From the UHGV virus genome UHGV-0198870: a DNA stretch of 37,263 nucleotides; one strand, written 5' to 3'. Each line of letters opens with the position of its first letter. Positions within the stretch are counted from its first letter, which is position 1. This DNA is from a virus. Below, in pieces: positions 18,856-28,873 of this stretch. Below the pieces are notes generated by a model, which saw nothing but the letters and a program-made list of their open reading frames with translations, did not search any database and had not been told where the DNA came from. The translations under genes were made by a program, and so were the position numbers.

Positions 18856-19260
18856 ATGTATGTAGATTATGGATATTATGCAGATCAGTACGGAGGCGGG
18901 ATTACTGAAAAGGAATTTCCGTCTGCAGAACGCAAAGCCGAAGCCTATATTAGAAAGCTGACGTATATTCGTGGAAATATATTTGCAACTGAGAACATGG
19001 CAGTAAAAGATGCTGTGTGTGCAGTTGCGGATGTGTATGCATCTTGTGAAAAGAAAAGAGAAGCAGGTACTGTAAAATCTGAAAACAATGATGGATACAG
19101 TGTTTCATATGCTGTCGAACAAGCGGATGGGCAAACAGTTGAAGAACTGATCAGAAAAAAAGCATATGAAGCAGCATCTACATACTTACTTCCAACAGGA
19201 TGGCTATCAAGAAAGGTGGGATGCTGTTGTGTTAACGAATGCAACGATAACTATCTATAA
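18856..19260 (+). CDS. Head-tail connector (adaptor)
   Basis: Y.DY.YY...YGG, VKDAVC, SENNDGYSVSY. Confidence 0.8.
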   Translation: MYVDYGYYADQYGGGITEKEFPSAERKAEAYIRKLTYIRGNIFATENMAVKDAVCAVADVYASCEKKREAGTVKSENNDGYSVSYAVEQADGQTVEELIRKKAYEAASTYLLPTGWLSRKVGCCCVNECNDNYL

Positions 19261-19633
19261 CCATAGGTACGATTCACTCACCCGTTTCGATACCTGGCAT
19301 AGAACCATTATTGAGAATGTGCATGTATATGTTGATCACAAAGCATCCGTTGGCGATTCCGGACTAAACAGTGCAGAAGTATATAAGATCCGTATTCCTG
19401 CAGATGTGGAGAATGCGAATCAGTATCTTCCGCCGGAAGAATATGCAAAACTGAAAGATCCGGAAGAACATTGGACTATCCAGACAGATGATCAGATTGT
19501 ACTCGGCGAGTATGCTCAAGAGATTGAAAGACCAGCTGATCTGAAAGACGTACGATTGAGACACTGTAAAGTGTTGTCCTGGTCAGACAATCGCTTCGGA
19601 GGGCTCCCGCATTGGAGAATTGAAGGTGAGTAA
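19229..19633 (+). CDS. Head closure / neck protein
   Basis: GTG start after AAGGTG; position; terminal LPHWRIEG. Confidence 0.7.
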   Translation: MLTNATITIYNHRYDSLTRFDTWHRTIIENVHVYVDHKASVGDSGLNSAEVYKIRIPADVENANQYLPPEEYAKLKDPEEHWTIQTDDQIVLGEYAQEIERPADLKDVRLRHCKVLSWSDNRFGGLPHWRIEGE

Positions 19634-20017
19634 ATGGCACAGAAAAAGGAATTTCGAATTACAACCCCTCGTGGAAGTGTGTTTACTTCAGCTGATGCGA
19701 ATGGAAGCGTAACGGCAAAAATAGAGTGGGCACCAGGATTTGCGCAGCGAAAGGCTGAGAGCTTTTCAAAAGCGCAACAGTTTGTTGATTCAGAATGCCT
19801 GAGGTATATGAATCCACTTACACCAAGACGAACAGGATTTCTGATTAAATCAGGAACACTTGGAACAGTGATCGGTTCTGGATCCATTGAGTACCTGGCA
19901 CCATATGCCCGCCGGCAATATTATGAAAATAAAAGTAAGCCAAGATGGTTCGAAACGATGAAGGCGAGCCATAAGGAAAAGATTAAAGAAGGAGCTGAGA
20001 AACTTGCAGGACAGTAA
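19634..20017 (+). CDS. Neck protein (Minor_capsid_2-like)
   Basis: P.RTG.L..SG, APYARRQYY, RWFE. Confidence 0.8.
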   Translation: MAQKKEFRITTPRGSVFTSADANGSVTAKIEWAPGFAQRKAESFSKAQQFVDSECLRYMNPLTPRRTGFLIKSGTLGTVIGSGSIEYLAPYARRQYYENKSKPRWFETMKASHKEKIKEGAEKLAGQ

Positions 20018-20432
20018 AAAACCGATTATTCAGAGCATTCGTGACTATGTGCTGTTGAATCCGGATATTGACGATCGGAAGATTAACATTAATTATCTTG
20101 GAAATGGGATGGAGTATTCCATTGATCCGATTGGTGCGAATCCGAATTACAAGAAGTATGTGGATGGCGGAGGTCTGAAACAGTTTCAATTCGCATTCAC
20201 AAGCAAGGAAGCATATGACGGCGATGCAAGAACCGGGATTGCCAACAGTGGTTTTTATCAGGCTTTTGAGGAATGGGTTGAGAAAAATAATATGAATGAT
20301 ATTCTACCAGAGCTGGACGAGCACAAAGCTGTTAAAGTTGAAGTGCTGCAGTCCGGCTTTTTGTTTAGCACAGAAGCTGATTTGGGACGGTATCAGATGA
20401 TTTGCAGATTGATATATGAACAGGAGGTATAG
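20004..20432 (+). CDS. Tail terminator/completion protein
   Basis: Lies between neck and tail tube; YVDG...QFQF and RYQMIC.L.Y. Confidence 0.7.
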   Translation: MQDSKKPIIQSIRDYVLLNPDIDDRKININYLGNGMEYSIDPIGANPNYKKYVDGGGLKQFQFAFTSKEAYDGDARTGIANSGFYQAFEEWVEKNNMNDILPELDEHKAVKVEVLQSGFLFSTEADLGRYQMICRLIYEQEV

Positions 20433-20434
20433 AA

Positions 20435-20938
20435 ATGTCAGGAGATAATAAAAAGAGATTAGTAGGCAGACATAAGCGTGTTGCGTTTATGGATGTTGCA
20501 GGTGACGGTAAGACATTTACCAGAATGACGGGATTCACATCAATGTCAGATGGGAAAAATTCTACCGAATACAGCAGGCAGTATGTGGATGAAGAAAGTG
20601 AACGTTCAGATGTGGTAGGGTACGCTCCATCTATGGATTACGAATTTGATTTACATACAAATGATGCGGTGCTGAAAAGGCTTGCGACGATTACAGATGA
20701 TGAACTTCTGGGATCGGATGCACAGGTGAACATTGTAATGGTGGATCTTTTTGAGGTTAAGACAGAAGATCCGAATACTTGCACAGCAAGAAAACGTGAC
20801 TGGAGCGTGATTCCGGATACGGAAGGTGATGGAACGGATGCACTGATCTACAAAGGAAGCTTTAAAGCAGCCGGAAAGATTACAAAAGGAACTGCCACAA
20901 CTACAGATGACTGGCAGACATGTACATTTGCGGAATAA
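20435..20938 (+). CDS. Major tail tube protein
   Basis: EYSRQYVDE..SDVVGYAPS motif; position. Confidence 0.8.
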   Translation: MSGDNKKRLVGRHKRVAFMDVAGDGKTFTRMTGFTSMSDGKNSTEYSRQYVDEESERSDVVGYAPSMDYEFDLHTNDAVLKRLATITDDELLGSDAQVNIVMVDLFEVKTEDPNTCTARKRDWSVIPDTEGDGTDALIYKGSFKAAGKITKGTATTTDDWQTCTFAE

Positions 20939-20952
20939 AGAAAGATAGGAGA

Positions 20953-20967
20953 GTGAGCCGATGAGCC
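20953..20967 (+). promoter_or_regulatory. GTGAGCCGATGAGCC motif over chaperone start codon
   Basis: 14/15 identical to motif at 22101-22115. Confidence 0.6.
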
Positions 20968-21365
20968 TTTTTAAATTTGGAGATTTTGAAGCGGAAGTGG
21001 ATTTTACAGATGCTGATTTTTTGACGGACTTGGAATATGCACAAGAGAAGCTGTCGGAAGATGCAGCTAAAGTTCCAAAGACAGGGAAAACAGCAGAATT
21101 GTTTAGAGCTCAGTGTCAGTGCTATTTTAACTTTTTCGATTATCTTTTCGGGGAAGGAACGCATGAAGCTATGTTTCAAGGGAGAACAAGTTATAAATTA
21201 TGTATAGAAGCAGGAGAGAAACTTTCAGAATGTGAAAATACTCAGACAGAAGAGTTCTTCGAAAAATATGATCGATATAACGTGCAGGAACATGGAAACA
21301 GACAGCAGAGACGTTATTACAACAAACAGCAGGGAAAGAAAAAGAAGCAGCATTACAAAGGGTAA
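20961..21365 (+). CDS. Tail assembly chaperone
   Basis: FFDYLFGEGT motif, NRQQRR basic tail; follows tail tube. Confidence 0.8.
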   Translation: MSLFKFGDFEAEVDFTDADFLTDLEYAQEKLSEDAAKVPKTGKTAELFRAQCQCYFNFFDYLFGEGTHEAMFQGRTSYKLCIEAGEKLSECENTQTEEFFEKYDRYNVQEHGNRQQRRYYNKQQGKKKKQHYKG

Positions 21366-21371
21366 AATGTT

Positions 21372-21941
21372 ATGAATATTTTATTCGAAGAATTTCCGAA
21401 AACAGTCAGAGTAAATGGAGAAAGATTCTTAGTTGAAACCGATTTTAGAGAATGGATCCGTTTTATACAATTGATTGATGATGCCAAAGTCCCTTGGCAA
21501 ATTAAGTGCCGACTGTTGTTGCAGTGGTACATAGATGGGATTCCGGATGATCTGGAAACAGCAGTTTATGCATTGGGTGATTTTCTGGCAATGAAAACAG
21601 AAAACGCAGAAGAGGATGAGAGTATTACCGGATCTGCACCGAAGCAATTGTATTCTTTTGAACAAGATGCAGAGTGTATTTACAGTGCATTCCGAGAGGT
21701 GTATGGAATTAATCTGCAGACGATTCCGTATATGCACTGGTGGGAGTTCCAGATATTGTTTGCTGGCCTTCCGGAAAAGACAGAGATCAAACAGAGAATT
21801 ATGTACCGGAGCATAGATCTCCGGACAATTAAAGATAAGGACGAGCGTAAGAGAATTAAAAAGATACAGGAGATAGTTGCGCTGAAAAAGAAGAATCGGA
21901 GAAAAATGACAGATTATGAGATTGGAGAAATGTTTGCGTGA
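21372..21941 (+). CDS. Gp15-family tail assembly protein (A118-like)
   Basis: TDFREWI, D..CIYSAF...YGINL, MHWWEF, IMYR. Confidence 0.88.
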   Translation: MNILFEEFPKTVRVNGERFLVETDFREWIRFIQLIDDAKVPWQIKCRLLLQWYIDGIPDDLETAVYALGDFLAMKTENAEEDESITGSAPKQLYSFEQDAECIYSAFREVYGINLQTIPYMHWWEFQILFAGLPEKTEIKQRIMYRSIDLRTIKDKDERKRIKKIQEIVALKKKNRRKMTDYEIGEMFA

Positions 21942-22093
21942 TGGAGCATATGATTAAGATCCCGACAGAAAGAAAGTGGTTCCGGTGTCCTTATTGCGGT
22001 AAGAAGTTATTAATATACGATAATACAGCCAAATGTGAAGGGATATATATTAACTGTCGGGAGTGTAAAAGAGAAGTAAAAATAAAGATATAA
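21941..22093 (+). CDS. Com-like zinc-ribbon protein (50 aa, not in ORF track)
   Basis: MEHMIKIPTERKWFRCPYCGKKLL...IYINCRECKREVKIKI; two CxxC pairs; TGATG coupling. Confidence 0.8.
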   Translation: MEHMIKIPTERKWFRCPYCGKKLLIYDNTAKCEGIYINCRECKREVKIKI

Positions 22094-22100
22094 AGCACAT

Positions 22101-22151
22101 GTGAGCCGTTGAGCCGTGCTATCAGAAAGGATGATAGTATGGCAGACGGCT
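22101..22151 (+). promoter_or_regulatory. Hairpin sequestering tape-measure start codon, with tandem GAGCC motif
   Basis: 22113-22124 pairs with 22132-22143 (SD in loop, ATG 22139 in stem); 22104-22109 pairs with 22146-22151. Confidence 0.75.
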
Positions 22152-24724
22152 ATTTAAATTTTGATACCAAGATAAATGAAAAGGGATTTAATGACGGTAT
22201 AAGTAAGCTTGGAAAACTTGGAAAATCTGGATTATCTATTGTAAGCAAAGCAATGACCGGGACGATTGCAGCAGTCGGAACCGGAGCTGCAGCGATTATA
22301 AAATCGTCACTCGGTGTAGTTGCCAACATGGAGCAACAGGTAGGTGGTGTAGAGACTCTATTCAAGGACAGTGCGAATACGGTCATAGCAAACGCAAATA
22401 AAGCATACAAGACTGCGGGAATGTCCGCAAACAATTACATGGAAACAGTGACAAGCTTTTCTGCATCACTGTTACAGAGCCTTGGTGGAGATACTGCAAA
22501 GGCAGCATCTTATGCGGATCGTGCCATTGTAGATATGTCTGATAATGCTAATAAGATGGGCACGAATATGCGTGACATCCAGAATGCTTATCAGGGTTTT
22601 GCAAAACAGAATTACACCATGCTAGATAACTTAAAGCTTGGGTATGGCGGTACTCAGGAAGAGATGAAACGTCTCATTTCTGATGCGTCAAAGATGACTG
22701 ATGTCCAGAAAGAACTTGGTGTTACAGCCGATGCAAGCAGCTTGTCCTTCGGAAATATTGTAAATGCTATTAGTGTTGTCCAAAAGCAGATGGGAATCAC
22801 TGGGACTACTTCGAAAGAAGCAGCGACTACAATTGAAGGTTCTGTGAATTCTGCCAAAGCAGCTTGGGAAAACTTTGAAGCTGGAGTTATAAGTGCAAAT
22901 GACCTTGTAGAGACATTCTGGACTGCAGCGCAGAATATCTTTAAAAATTTAGGGCAGATCATTCCAAGATTAGGAAAAACGGGGATGGATGTTGTCAGCG
23001 CACTTGCCGGAAAAATTGGTGAGGCCGTTCCGCAAGTAAAAGGTTTTACTGATAGTATTTCCAAATTAGCAAATGAGCTGAAGGGAATGAACAGTGATCA
23101 ACTGTTGAATCTTGGAAAAATGGCAGTGGTAATTGCCGGATCGGCTCCGGCGCTGTCCATATTTGGAAAAGGGATTGAAAATATAAAAACTGCAACCGAT
23201 GGATTTAATGGCATTATAGACGGAGTTGTCACATCTATAGGTAAAGTACCTAAAGGGGCAAAGAGTGCCAGTGCCACATTCAAAAAGATAGGTAGCGAGT
23301 TCAAATATCTCGGTGAAAGCATCGCGCTTCCATTCCAGGATCTGGGAGAAAAAATAGCTCCCCGACTGAAAGATCTTGGTGGATTTATGGCTGAGTCCTG
23401 GACAAATGGTCCGGGAGGAAAGATTACTGGAGCTGTAACTGATACTGTTAAAAAGATAGGTGGAGCTATTGGACAAATTGGTCCTAAGCTTGCTGAAAAG
23501 TTCCCTGGAATAACAAAGAAATTTGCAGAGCTTGGAACAAAGATATCCGAATACGCCGGCTTTATCGGAGATGCGTTTACACCGATTTTATCAAGAGTAG
23601 CGTCCTTTGCACCGACATTCTTTAAGCTGATCAACATCGGCGCAGGAGCGGCAATCATTGTTGCTGGTATGGGATTGATCTACAGTCAGTTCGGTACACA
23701 GATTGATCAGCTGTTATTGCTTGTGCAGACAAAAGGACCGGAAGTAATCACGAACTTTGCTAATGGCATTACTGCAGCATTACCAGGATTGGTTGCTCAG
23801 GGTGCAACGCTGATCATGGGAATCCTAAATGCAATTACGGTGAATCTGCCGGCATTGATTACTGCCGGAGTAAGCATTATATCCACATTGGCGAGCAGTC
23901 TGGCAGCACAATTACCTCAATTGATACCATGTGCAGTACAGATGATACTGACATTGGTCACATCATTGATAAGCAATCTTCCACAATTAATTACTTCAGG
24001 ACTTAACTTAATGAAAGGCCTCGCAAGTGGAATTGCAAATTCAATCCCATTGGTGGCAGCGAAGGCACCAGTGATTATTGGAAAGCTTGCATCGACTATC
24101 ATAACGAATCTTCCAAAGATTCTGACCGCAGGAGTGCAGATCATAAGTAAACTCGCTGTTGGACTAGTGCAGGGAATACCGGCATTGATCGGAAAGATTC
24201 CAAGCATGGTAAGCCAGATTAAGAATGCATTTACCAGTGTGAGCTGGGGCAGTGTTGGAATGAATATTATAAAGGGCATTGCCAGCGGATTAACCGGTGC
24301 AGCCGGTGCAATCGTAGAAGCGGCGAAAAGTGCAGCAAACAAAGCATTAGATGCGGCAAAGAGTGCTCTTGGAATCCATTCGCCATCCAGAGTATTCCGT
24401 GATCAGGTAGGTAAGATGATGGCTCTTGGTATGGGAATTGGATTTGAGAAGAACATTCCGATCAAGTCCATGAATGTAGGAGTACAGAGAGCAGTATCTG
24501 GATTACAGAAATCCGTAGATCTTGCATTATCGGCGAGAACTGCAGACAAGACAATCGGAAGAGTAAAGAATTATCCGGGATTCGATGGAGGAAAAGATAT
24601 CGATTATGACCGGTTAGAAAGGATCCAGATGAGAGCTGCAGAAAAAATGGCGAAGCGTCCAATCTATCTGGGAACAAAGAGAATTGATGAGCCATTACCG
24701 AAAGGAGCGGTGCCGGCATTATGA
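22139..24724 (+). CDS. Tape measure protein
   Basis: MADG start, NYTMLDNLKLGYGGT, amphipathic repeats, GIHSPSRVF. Confidence 0.95.
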   Translation: MADGYLNFDTKINEKGFNDGISKLGKLGKSGLSIVSKAMTGTIAAVGTGAAAIIKSSLGVVANMEQQVGGVETLFKDSANTVIANANKAYKTAGMSANNYMETVTSFSASLLQSLGGDTAKAASYADRAIVDMSDNANKMGTNMRDIQNAYQGFAKQNYTMLDNLKLGYGGTQEEMKRLISDASKMTDVQKELGVTADASSLSFGNIVNAISVVQKQMGITGTTSKEAATTIEGSVNSAKAAWENFEAGVISANDLVETFWTAAQNIFKNLGQIIPRLGKTGMDVVSALAGKIGEAVPQVKGFTDSISKLANELKGMNSDQLLNLGKMAVVIAGSAPALSIFGKGIENIKTATDGFNGIIDGVVTSIGKVPKGAKSASATFKKIGSEFKYLGESIALPFQDLGEKIAPRLKDLGGFMAESWTNGPGGKITGAVTDTVKKIGGAIGQIGPKLAEKFPGITKKFAELGTKISEYAGFIGDAFTPILSRVASFAPTFFKLINIGAGAAIIVAGMGLIYSQFGTQIDQLLLLVQTKGPEVITNFANGITAALPGLVAQGATLIMGILNAITVNLPALITAGVSIISTLASSLAAQLPQLIPCAVQMILTLVTSLISNLPQLITSGLNLMKGLASGIANSIPLVAAKAPVIIGKLASTIITNLPKILTAGVQIISKLAVGLVQGIPALIGKIPSMVSQIKNAFTSVSWGSVGMNIIKGIASGLTGAAGAIVEAAKSAANKALDAAKSALGIHSPSRVFRDQVGKMMALGMGIGFEKNIPIKSMNVGVQRAVSGLQKSVDLALSARTADKTIGRVKNYPGFDGGKDIDYDRLERIQMRAAEKMAKRPIYLGTKRIDEPLPKGAVPAL

Positions 24725-25506
24725 TAAAGGCATATTATAAGAACAGCAAGGGAGAGGTGCTCTGGTTGACCAGGGCACCTTTTCGCACAATAGATGCGGA
24801 CTGGTTTGACAGTACATGGGAAGAGACAGAGGATGGTTATGAAAAGGTAATTACCTTGGACGTATTTGGAAAGAGAGAAGAGTTCACGCAGAACATGGAA
24901 ACGCTGTATAGAATCATCTCTGTGGATGCTGAAACAGGGAATTACGGGCGTTTGTATGTGAATGATACGTTCTTGCCGTGTCAGATTTATAAGACCAAGA
25001 AAACGGGATGGAAAGGATATGTGTATACGGAGGTAGAGCTTACATTCCTTGCTCCGGAATTGTCTTGGATCACAGTCTTGAAAAAAAGATTTTTCCCGCA
25101 AAAAGAAATAACTGCAGATAGCGGCTTGGATTTTGCTTGTGATTTCCCATTTGATTTTATGAATGAAAAGAGAGGAACTGTAGAAATTGAAGTTGATCAT
25201 ATTATTCCGTCCGATTTCGAAATGATCATATATGGACCATGCGTAAATCCTAAGGTATTAATGAATGGTTATCCATATGAAGTCCTTACTACGTTAGAGA
25301 AGAATGAATATTTGATTATAAACAGCTCGGAGCAGACGATCATGAAATATCTTTCCAATGGAACAATAGCGAATCTGTTTGACGTCCGTGGATATGATTA
25401 TTCCGTATTTGAGAAAATCCCATCCGGATTGATATCGGTAAATTGGAGTGGAGACTTCGGAATAGATTTATATGTGTTTCTGAAGCGGAAGGAGGCAGCA
25501 TGGTAA
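24721..25506 (+). CDS. Distal tail protein (Dit)
   Basis: Follows TMP; DF..DFPFDF and IYGPCVNP. Confidence 0.8.
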   Translation: MIKAYYKNSKGEVLWLTRAPFRTIDADWFDSTWEETEDGYEKVITLDVFGKREEFTQNMETLYRIISVDAETGNYGRLYVNDTFLPCQIYKTKKTGWKGYVYTEVELTFLAPELSWITVLKKRFFPQKEITADSGLDFACDFPFDFMNEKRGTVEIEVDHIIPSDFEMIIYGPCVNPKVLMNGYPYEVLTTLEKNEYLIINSSEQTIMKYLSNGTIANLFDVRGYDYSVFEKIPSGLISVNWSGDFGIDLYVFLKRKEAAW

Positions 25507-26501
25507 TTCTGGCGACAAAGAGCAGAGAAATAGGAACGAATCCATTATTGGATGCAAATTGCACTTTTGATGCCAATAAAGATCGGGAATTTTCTATTAA
25601 GATTGCCCGGTGTAACTGGACGGGAGATATGACATTTGGAAATCTTGTGTACGTGCCAGATACAGAATTTGGCGGAATTATCGAAGATGTACTGACGGAC
25701 ACATCTTTGGACTATGTGGAACTAAAAGGTTACACATGGCGCGGACGTATGGAAATGAAAGTGATAGAGCCGCCATCCGGAAGTGATTACAAGACGGTAT
25801 CGGGAGAATTGAATGCAGTCCTTAAAAAACTGATTGAACCGGAATTTGGAGGATTATATGTTGTATCAGGGGAAAGTACCGGGGTGGCCGTAAGCAATTA
25901 TCAGTTTGACCGCTATTGCACATTGTTAGAAGGAATCACCAAGATGTTGAAAACTGTTGGATATAGATTGGATATTCAACACAAGCGAGAGCGAGGGGTT
26001 CCCGGATACATTCTGATCAGAGCCGTACCGATCGTGGATTATTCCGATGAGATTGAGCTATCAAAAGACTCAGGACTTAATTACACGATGGAAGATAAAA
26101 GAAATGGAGTAAATCACTTGATCGTGACCGGAAAAGGTGAGCTGAAGGATAGAAATGTATTGCACTTGTATGTATGGCCAAATGGTTCATTCAAGAAGAC
26201 ACAATATTATAAGGGATTGGCTGAAATCACTCAGGTATATGAAAATACATCAACAGAAACGGATGAATTAGAGAGCCAAAGCACAAAGAAATTGCAAGAA
26301 CTATGTAGCAAAAAGATTTTTGGTATGGACATAGCAAAGCTTGGTATTGATGTGGGCATTGGAGATATTGTTGGTGGCCGGGATTATCTTACAGGGATGT
26401 ATTCCAGTCGTCCAGTAGCCAATATTATTTATAGTGTTACAAATAGAGTAGAGTCTAAAGAATACGAATTGGAAGGAGAGAGCGATAATGGAAATAGTTA
26501 G
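25500..26501 (+). CDS. Baseplate hub / Tal-like (Gp37-like) protein
   Basis: Follows Dit; VNHLIVTGKGELKDR; ATG 25500 after AAGGAGG. Confidence 0.75.
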   Translation: MVILATKSREIGTNPLLDANCTFDANKDREFSIKIARCNWTGDMTFGNLVYVPDTEFGGIIEDVLTDTSLDYVELKGYTWRGRMEMKVIEPPSGSDYKTVSGELNAVLKKLIEPEFGGLYVVSGESTGVAVSNYQFDRYCTLLEGITKMLKTVGYRLDIQHKRERGVPGYILIRAVPIVDYSDEIELSKDSGLNYTMEDKRNGVNHLIVTGKGELKDRNVLHLYVWPNGSFKKTQYYKGLAEITQVYENTSTETDELESQSTKKLQELCSKKIFGMDIAKLGIDVGIGDIVGGRDYLTGMYSSRPVANIIYSVTNRVESKEYELEGESDNGNS

Positions 26502-27369
26502 TGGAAGAACAGGAAAACCACATGTCACGAGCCAGCAGTTCCGGCAGATCATAGAAGGAATCATTGGTGATGATAGTTGTATATTACCGTCAGGAGAAAA
26601 TCTGGAACCGGAGCTGGTATCCAACAATTCTCTCAAGATCCGAAGCGGAATGATGTGCCATCATGGGAATGTGTCTTCTGTAAAAATCGGAACTTATGAT
26701 GAGGTGGAACTTGCAAATGGATCGCAGGGAATGAAGAGGATAGATCTGATTGTTAACCGGTATACAAGAAACGAAGAGGATAACACAGAGAAAAATGAAT
26801 GGGTTGTGATCATGGGAACCCCTGCAGAGAGTAGTCCAGTAGTTCCGGAGTATACGCAAGGAGACCTGCAAAAAGGAGATCTTTTGGATGATTGCCCGGT
26901 ATTCGAAGTACATTTTGATGGAATTAATATTGTGGAAGTGACAAAGAAATTAGAGATCGCTAAGACAAATAAGGATTTGTCCAACCAACTTGCTGAGATT
27001 AGCAAAAAAATGACTGGTAAGTATGCCCACGCATATAGCGCTCATCTGGATAACGAAAAAAGCACAAAAACATCGCTGACACTTAATAGCATCAAGGCGA
27101 CAGGGCATGGCAGAAAATGTATCCTAATGTGCTTTGGTGCTATGAGGGTAACAACTTTGACAGCAAGGCTGAGCGTCTATGTAAATGGTAAAGAAAGTTG
27201 TTCCGGAATAACATCATCCACAAGCTATGTGCCGGTATTTGACAGCAACATTATAACTCTTCCGGAGGGCGAAAACACGATTGAGCTAAGACTGTCAGCA
27301 CAAGCGAATACAGCTACTGCATATATTGGACGTTATCACAAACTTGGCTTCACTGTCGCAGAATTATAA
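26488..27369 (+). CDS. Baseplate / receptor-binding protein
   Basis: NGSQGMKRIDLIV N-terminal domain, coiled linker, beta-rich C-terminal domain. Confidence 0.7.
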   Translation: MEIVSGRTGKPHVTSQQFRQIIEGIIGDDSCILPSGENLEPELVSNNSLKIRSGMMCHHGNVSSVKIGTYDEVELANGSQGMKRIDLIVNRYTRNEEDNTEKNEWVVIMGTPAESSPVVPEYTQGDLQKGDLLDDCPVFEVHFDGINIVEVTKKLEIAKTNKDLSNQLAEISKKMTGKYAHAYSAHLDNEKSTKTSLTLNSIKATGHGRKCILMCFGAMRVTTLTARLSVYVNGKESCSGITSSTSYVPVFDSNIITLPEGENTIELRLSAQANTATAYIGRYHKLGFTVAEL

Positions 27370-27403
27370 TCCTTATTTACATAAAGAAAGGAGAATTTTT
27401 ATT

Positions 27404-27778
27404 ATGAAAATTACATTCAATGATGCAACGGAGTTGACCATCCAGTCAGCGAGCACCCGGCCGGACGGGAGCCTATTGATCAAAACAATATCAGACACTG
27501 AAGAGAATCTAAAGACAATCTTTCAGGATGGCATGAAGACCAAGAAGATGATCATAAAAGAAAGAGAATCTACGATTGGCACTTATGAGAATTACACGGA
27601 GCTTGAAGGAATCATGAAGTACACAGCAGGAATCCTAGGAGTTGTATTACATAAAGCTGGAAAGTCGCAGCTAGAGCGAATTGACGCACTCGAGGTAACT
27701 ACGGACGACATCGTATTAATGATGGCGGATCTGATTGCGGGAGGGGAGCAAAATGAGAATACTGCAGTTCCAGATTAA
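27404..27778 (+). CDS. Tail-associated hypothetical protein
   Basis: ATG after AAAGGAG; ends DDIVLMMADLIAGG. Confidence 0.75.
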   Translation: MKITFNDATELTIQSASTRPDGSLLIKTISDTEENLKTIFQDGMKTKKMIIKERESTIGTYENYTELEGIMKYTAGILGVVLHKAGKSQLERIDALEVTTDDIVLMMADLIAGGEQNENTAVPD

Positions 27779-28412
27779 CGGACAAAAGTTAAGTAAGGAC
27801 GGAGACTTTTCCGAATTAATAGCTGGTACGAAAGGCTATCTGTATGCAGCATATAACTTCGACGGAGAGTGGGACGGTTGCAGGAAAGCGGCCGGCCCAG
27901 ATGTGGTTGCATATAAGGGACAGATTAAGTTCATTGTATGTGCCAAAAAGGGAGATGGAACAATTCCGGAATGGAATACCACCATTGCAGAAGGTACCGT
28001 ACTGGAAGGTCTGGAAGCTACAGATGAGGTGGTGGAACGAAATCCGGATATCATTGAACAGATCTTGGCAAGACTTGATAACGTAACAGAAATCCCACAG
28101 GAAAAGGTAACAGAAGCGGTATCTACCTATATGGAAGCGAATCCAATTAATGTGCCGAAAAACTTATCTGACCTAAAAGAAGTTGCAGAGACAGAACCGC
28201 TGGAAGATGGTGAAGTAAAAGAGTCTACAGCATATGAATACGATGGGAACATCTTCCGTACTCACTCACTGACAGCTGAACAGATCAAGGCTGATCCGGA
28301 GAGCTATACGGACTACGAGGGAGATGATGCTCCTACAGACGCAATGGTTGAGTATGCAAACCTTAAAATTGATGAGTACACAGCACAGTTAATGGAAGAA
28401 GGGCTTATTTAA
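27753..28412 (+). CDS. Mosaic tail/baseplate-associated protein
   Basis: ATG 27753 after GGAGGGGAG; appears to be three joined segments. Confidence 0.6.
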   Translation: MRILQFQINGQKLSKDGDFSELIAGTKGYLYAAYNFDGEWDGCRKAAGPDVVAYKGQIKFIVCAKKGDGTIPEWNTTIAEGTVLEGLEATDEVVERNPDIIEQILARLDNVTEIPQEKVTEAVSTYMEANPINVPKNLSDLKEVAETEPLEDGEVKESTAYEYDGNIFRTHSLTAEQIKADPESYTDYEGDDAPTDAMVEYANLKIDEYTAQLMEEGLI

Positions 28413-28429
28413 GAAAGGAGGTATAAGCA

Positions 28430-28567
28430 ATGAGAATTTTAGTAGAAAGCCTGAAAAGACTGTATGAGAATGACAGAGTAACAAAAGTACAGCTACAGAA
28501 GAGAGTAGAAAAAGGTATCATCTCAATTGATGAATATAACTACATTGTCGGAAAGGATGTGTTGTAA
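28430..28567 (+). CDS. XkdX-like small protein (45 aa, not in ORF track)
   Basis: MRILVESLKRLY...VEKGIISIDEYNYIVG; AAGGAGG SD. Confidence 0.75.
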   Translation: MRILVESLKRLYENDRVTKVQLQKRVEKGIISIDEYNYIVGKDVL

Positions 28568-28873
28568 TTGATAAGAGGGACAACACCGGTATTAGAGTTT
28601 ACACTACCGTTTGAAACGGATTTGCTCGAAGAAGCGTATGTAACGATAGTACAAAGGGGAACTGTTGTAATTGAGAAGAGCATTGATGAATGCACTCTTA
28701 AGCACGATATGTTAAGTGTCAGGTTGCCACAGGAAGAAACTCTGAAGTTAATCGCACAACGAAATTCGCGGGCTGAAATACAGTTACGAGTTCTTACGCG
28801 CGATGGTGAAGCACTTGCTTCGAACATTGAGACTGTTGATGTTGGGCGAATCCTAAAGGACGGTGTTATCTAA
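28568..28873 (+). CDS. Tail-associated protein (BppU N-terminal-like)
   Basis: MIRGTTP...L.QEETL...IQLRV...ILKDGVI. Confidence 0.7.
   Translation: MIRGTTPVLEFTLPFETDLLEEAYVTIVQRGTVVIEKSIDECTLKHDMLSVRLPQEETLKLIAQRNSRAEIQLRVLTRDGEALASNIETVDVGRILKDGVI

Noticed and set aside
21332..21338. Lambda-type slippery heptamer G-GGA-AAG in phase near the end of the tail chaperone
   Set aside because: The -1 frame stops after about 34 codons and Gp15 is in the same frame as the chaperone (TAA AAT GTT ATG), so slippage gives no G-GT fusion
22150..24342. Long minus-strand ORFs opposite TMP (and similar shadows opposite other genes)
   Set aside because: Antisense shadows of real + strand genes with no SD or recognisable motifs
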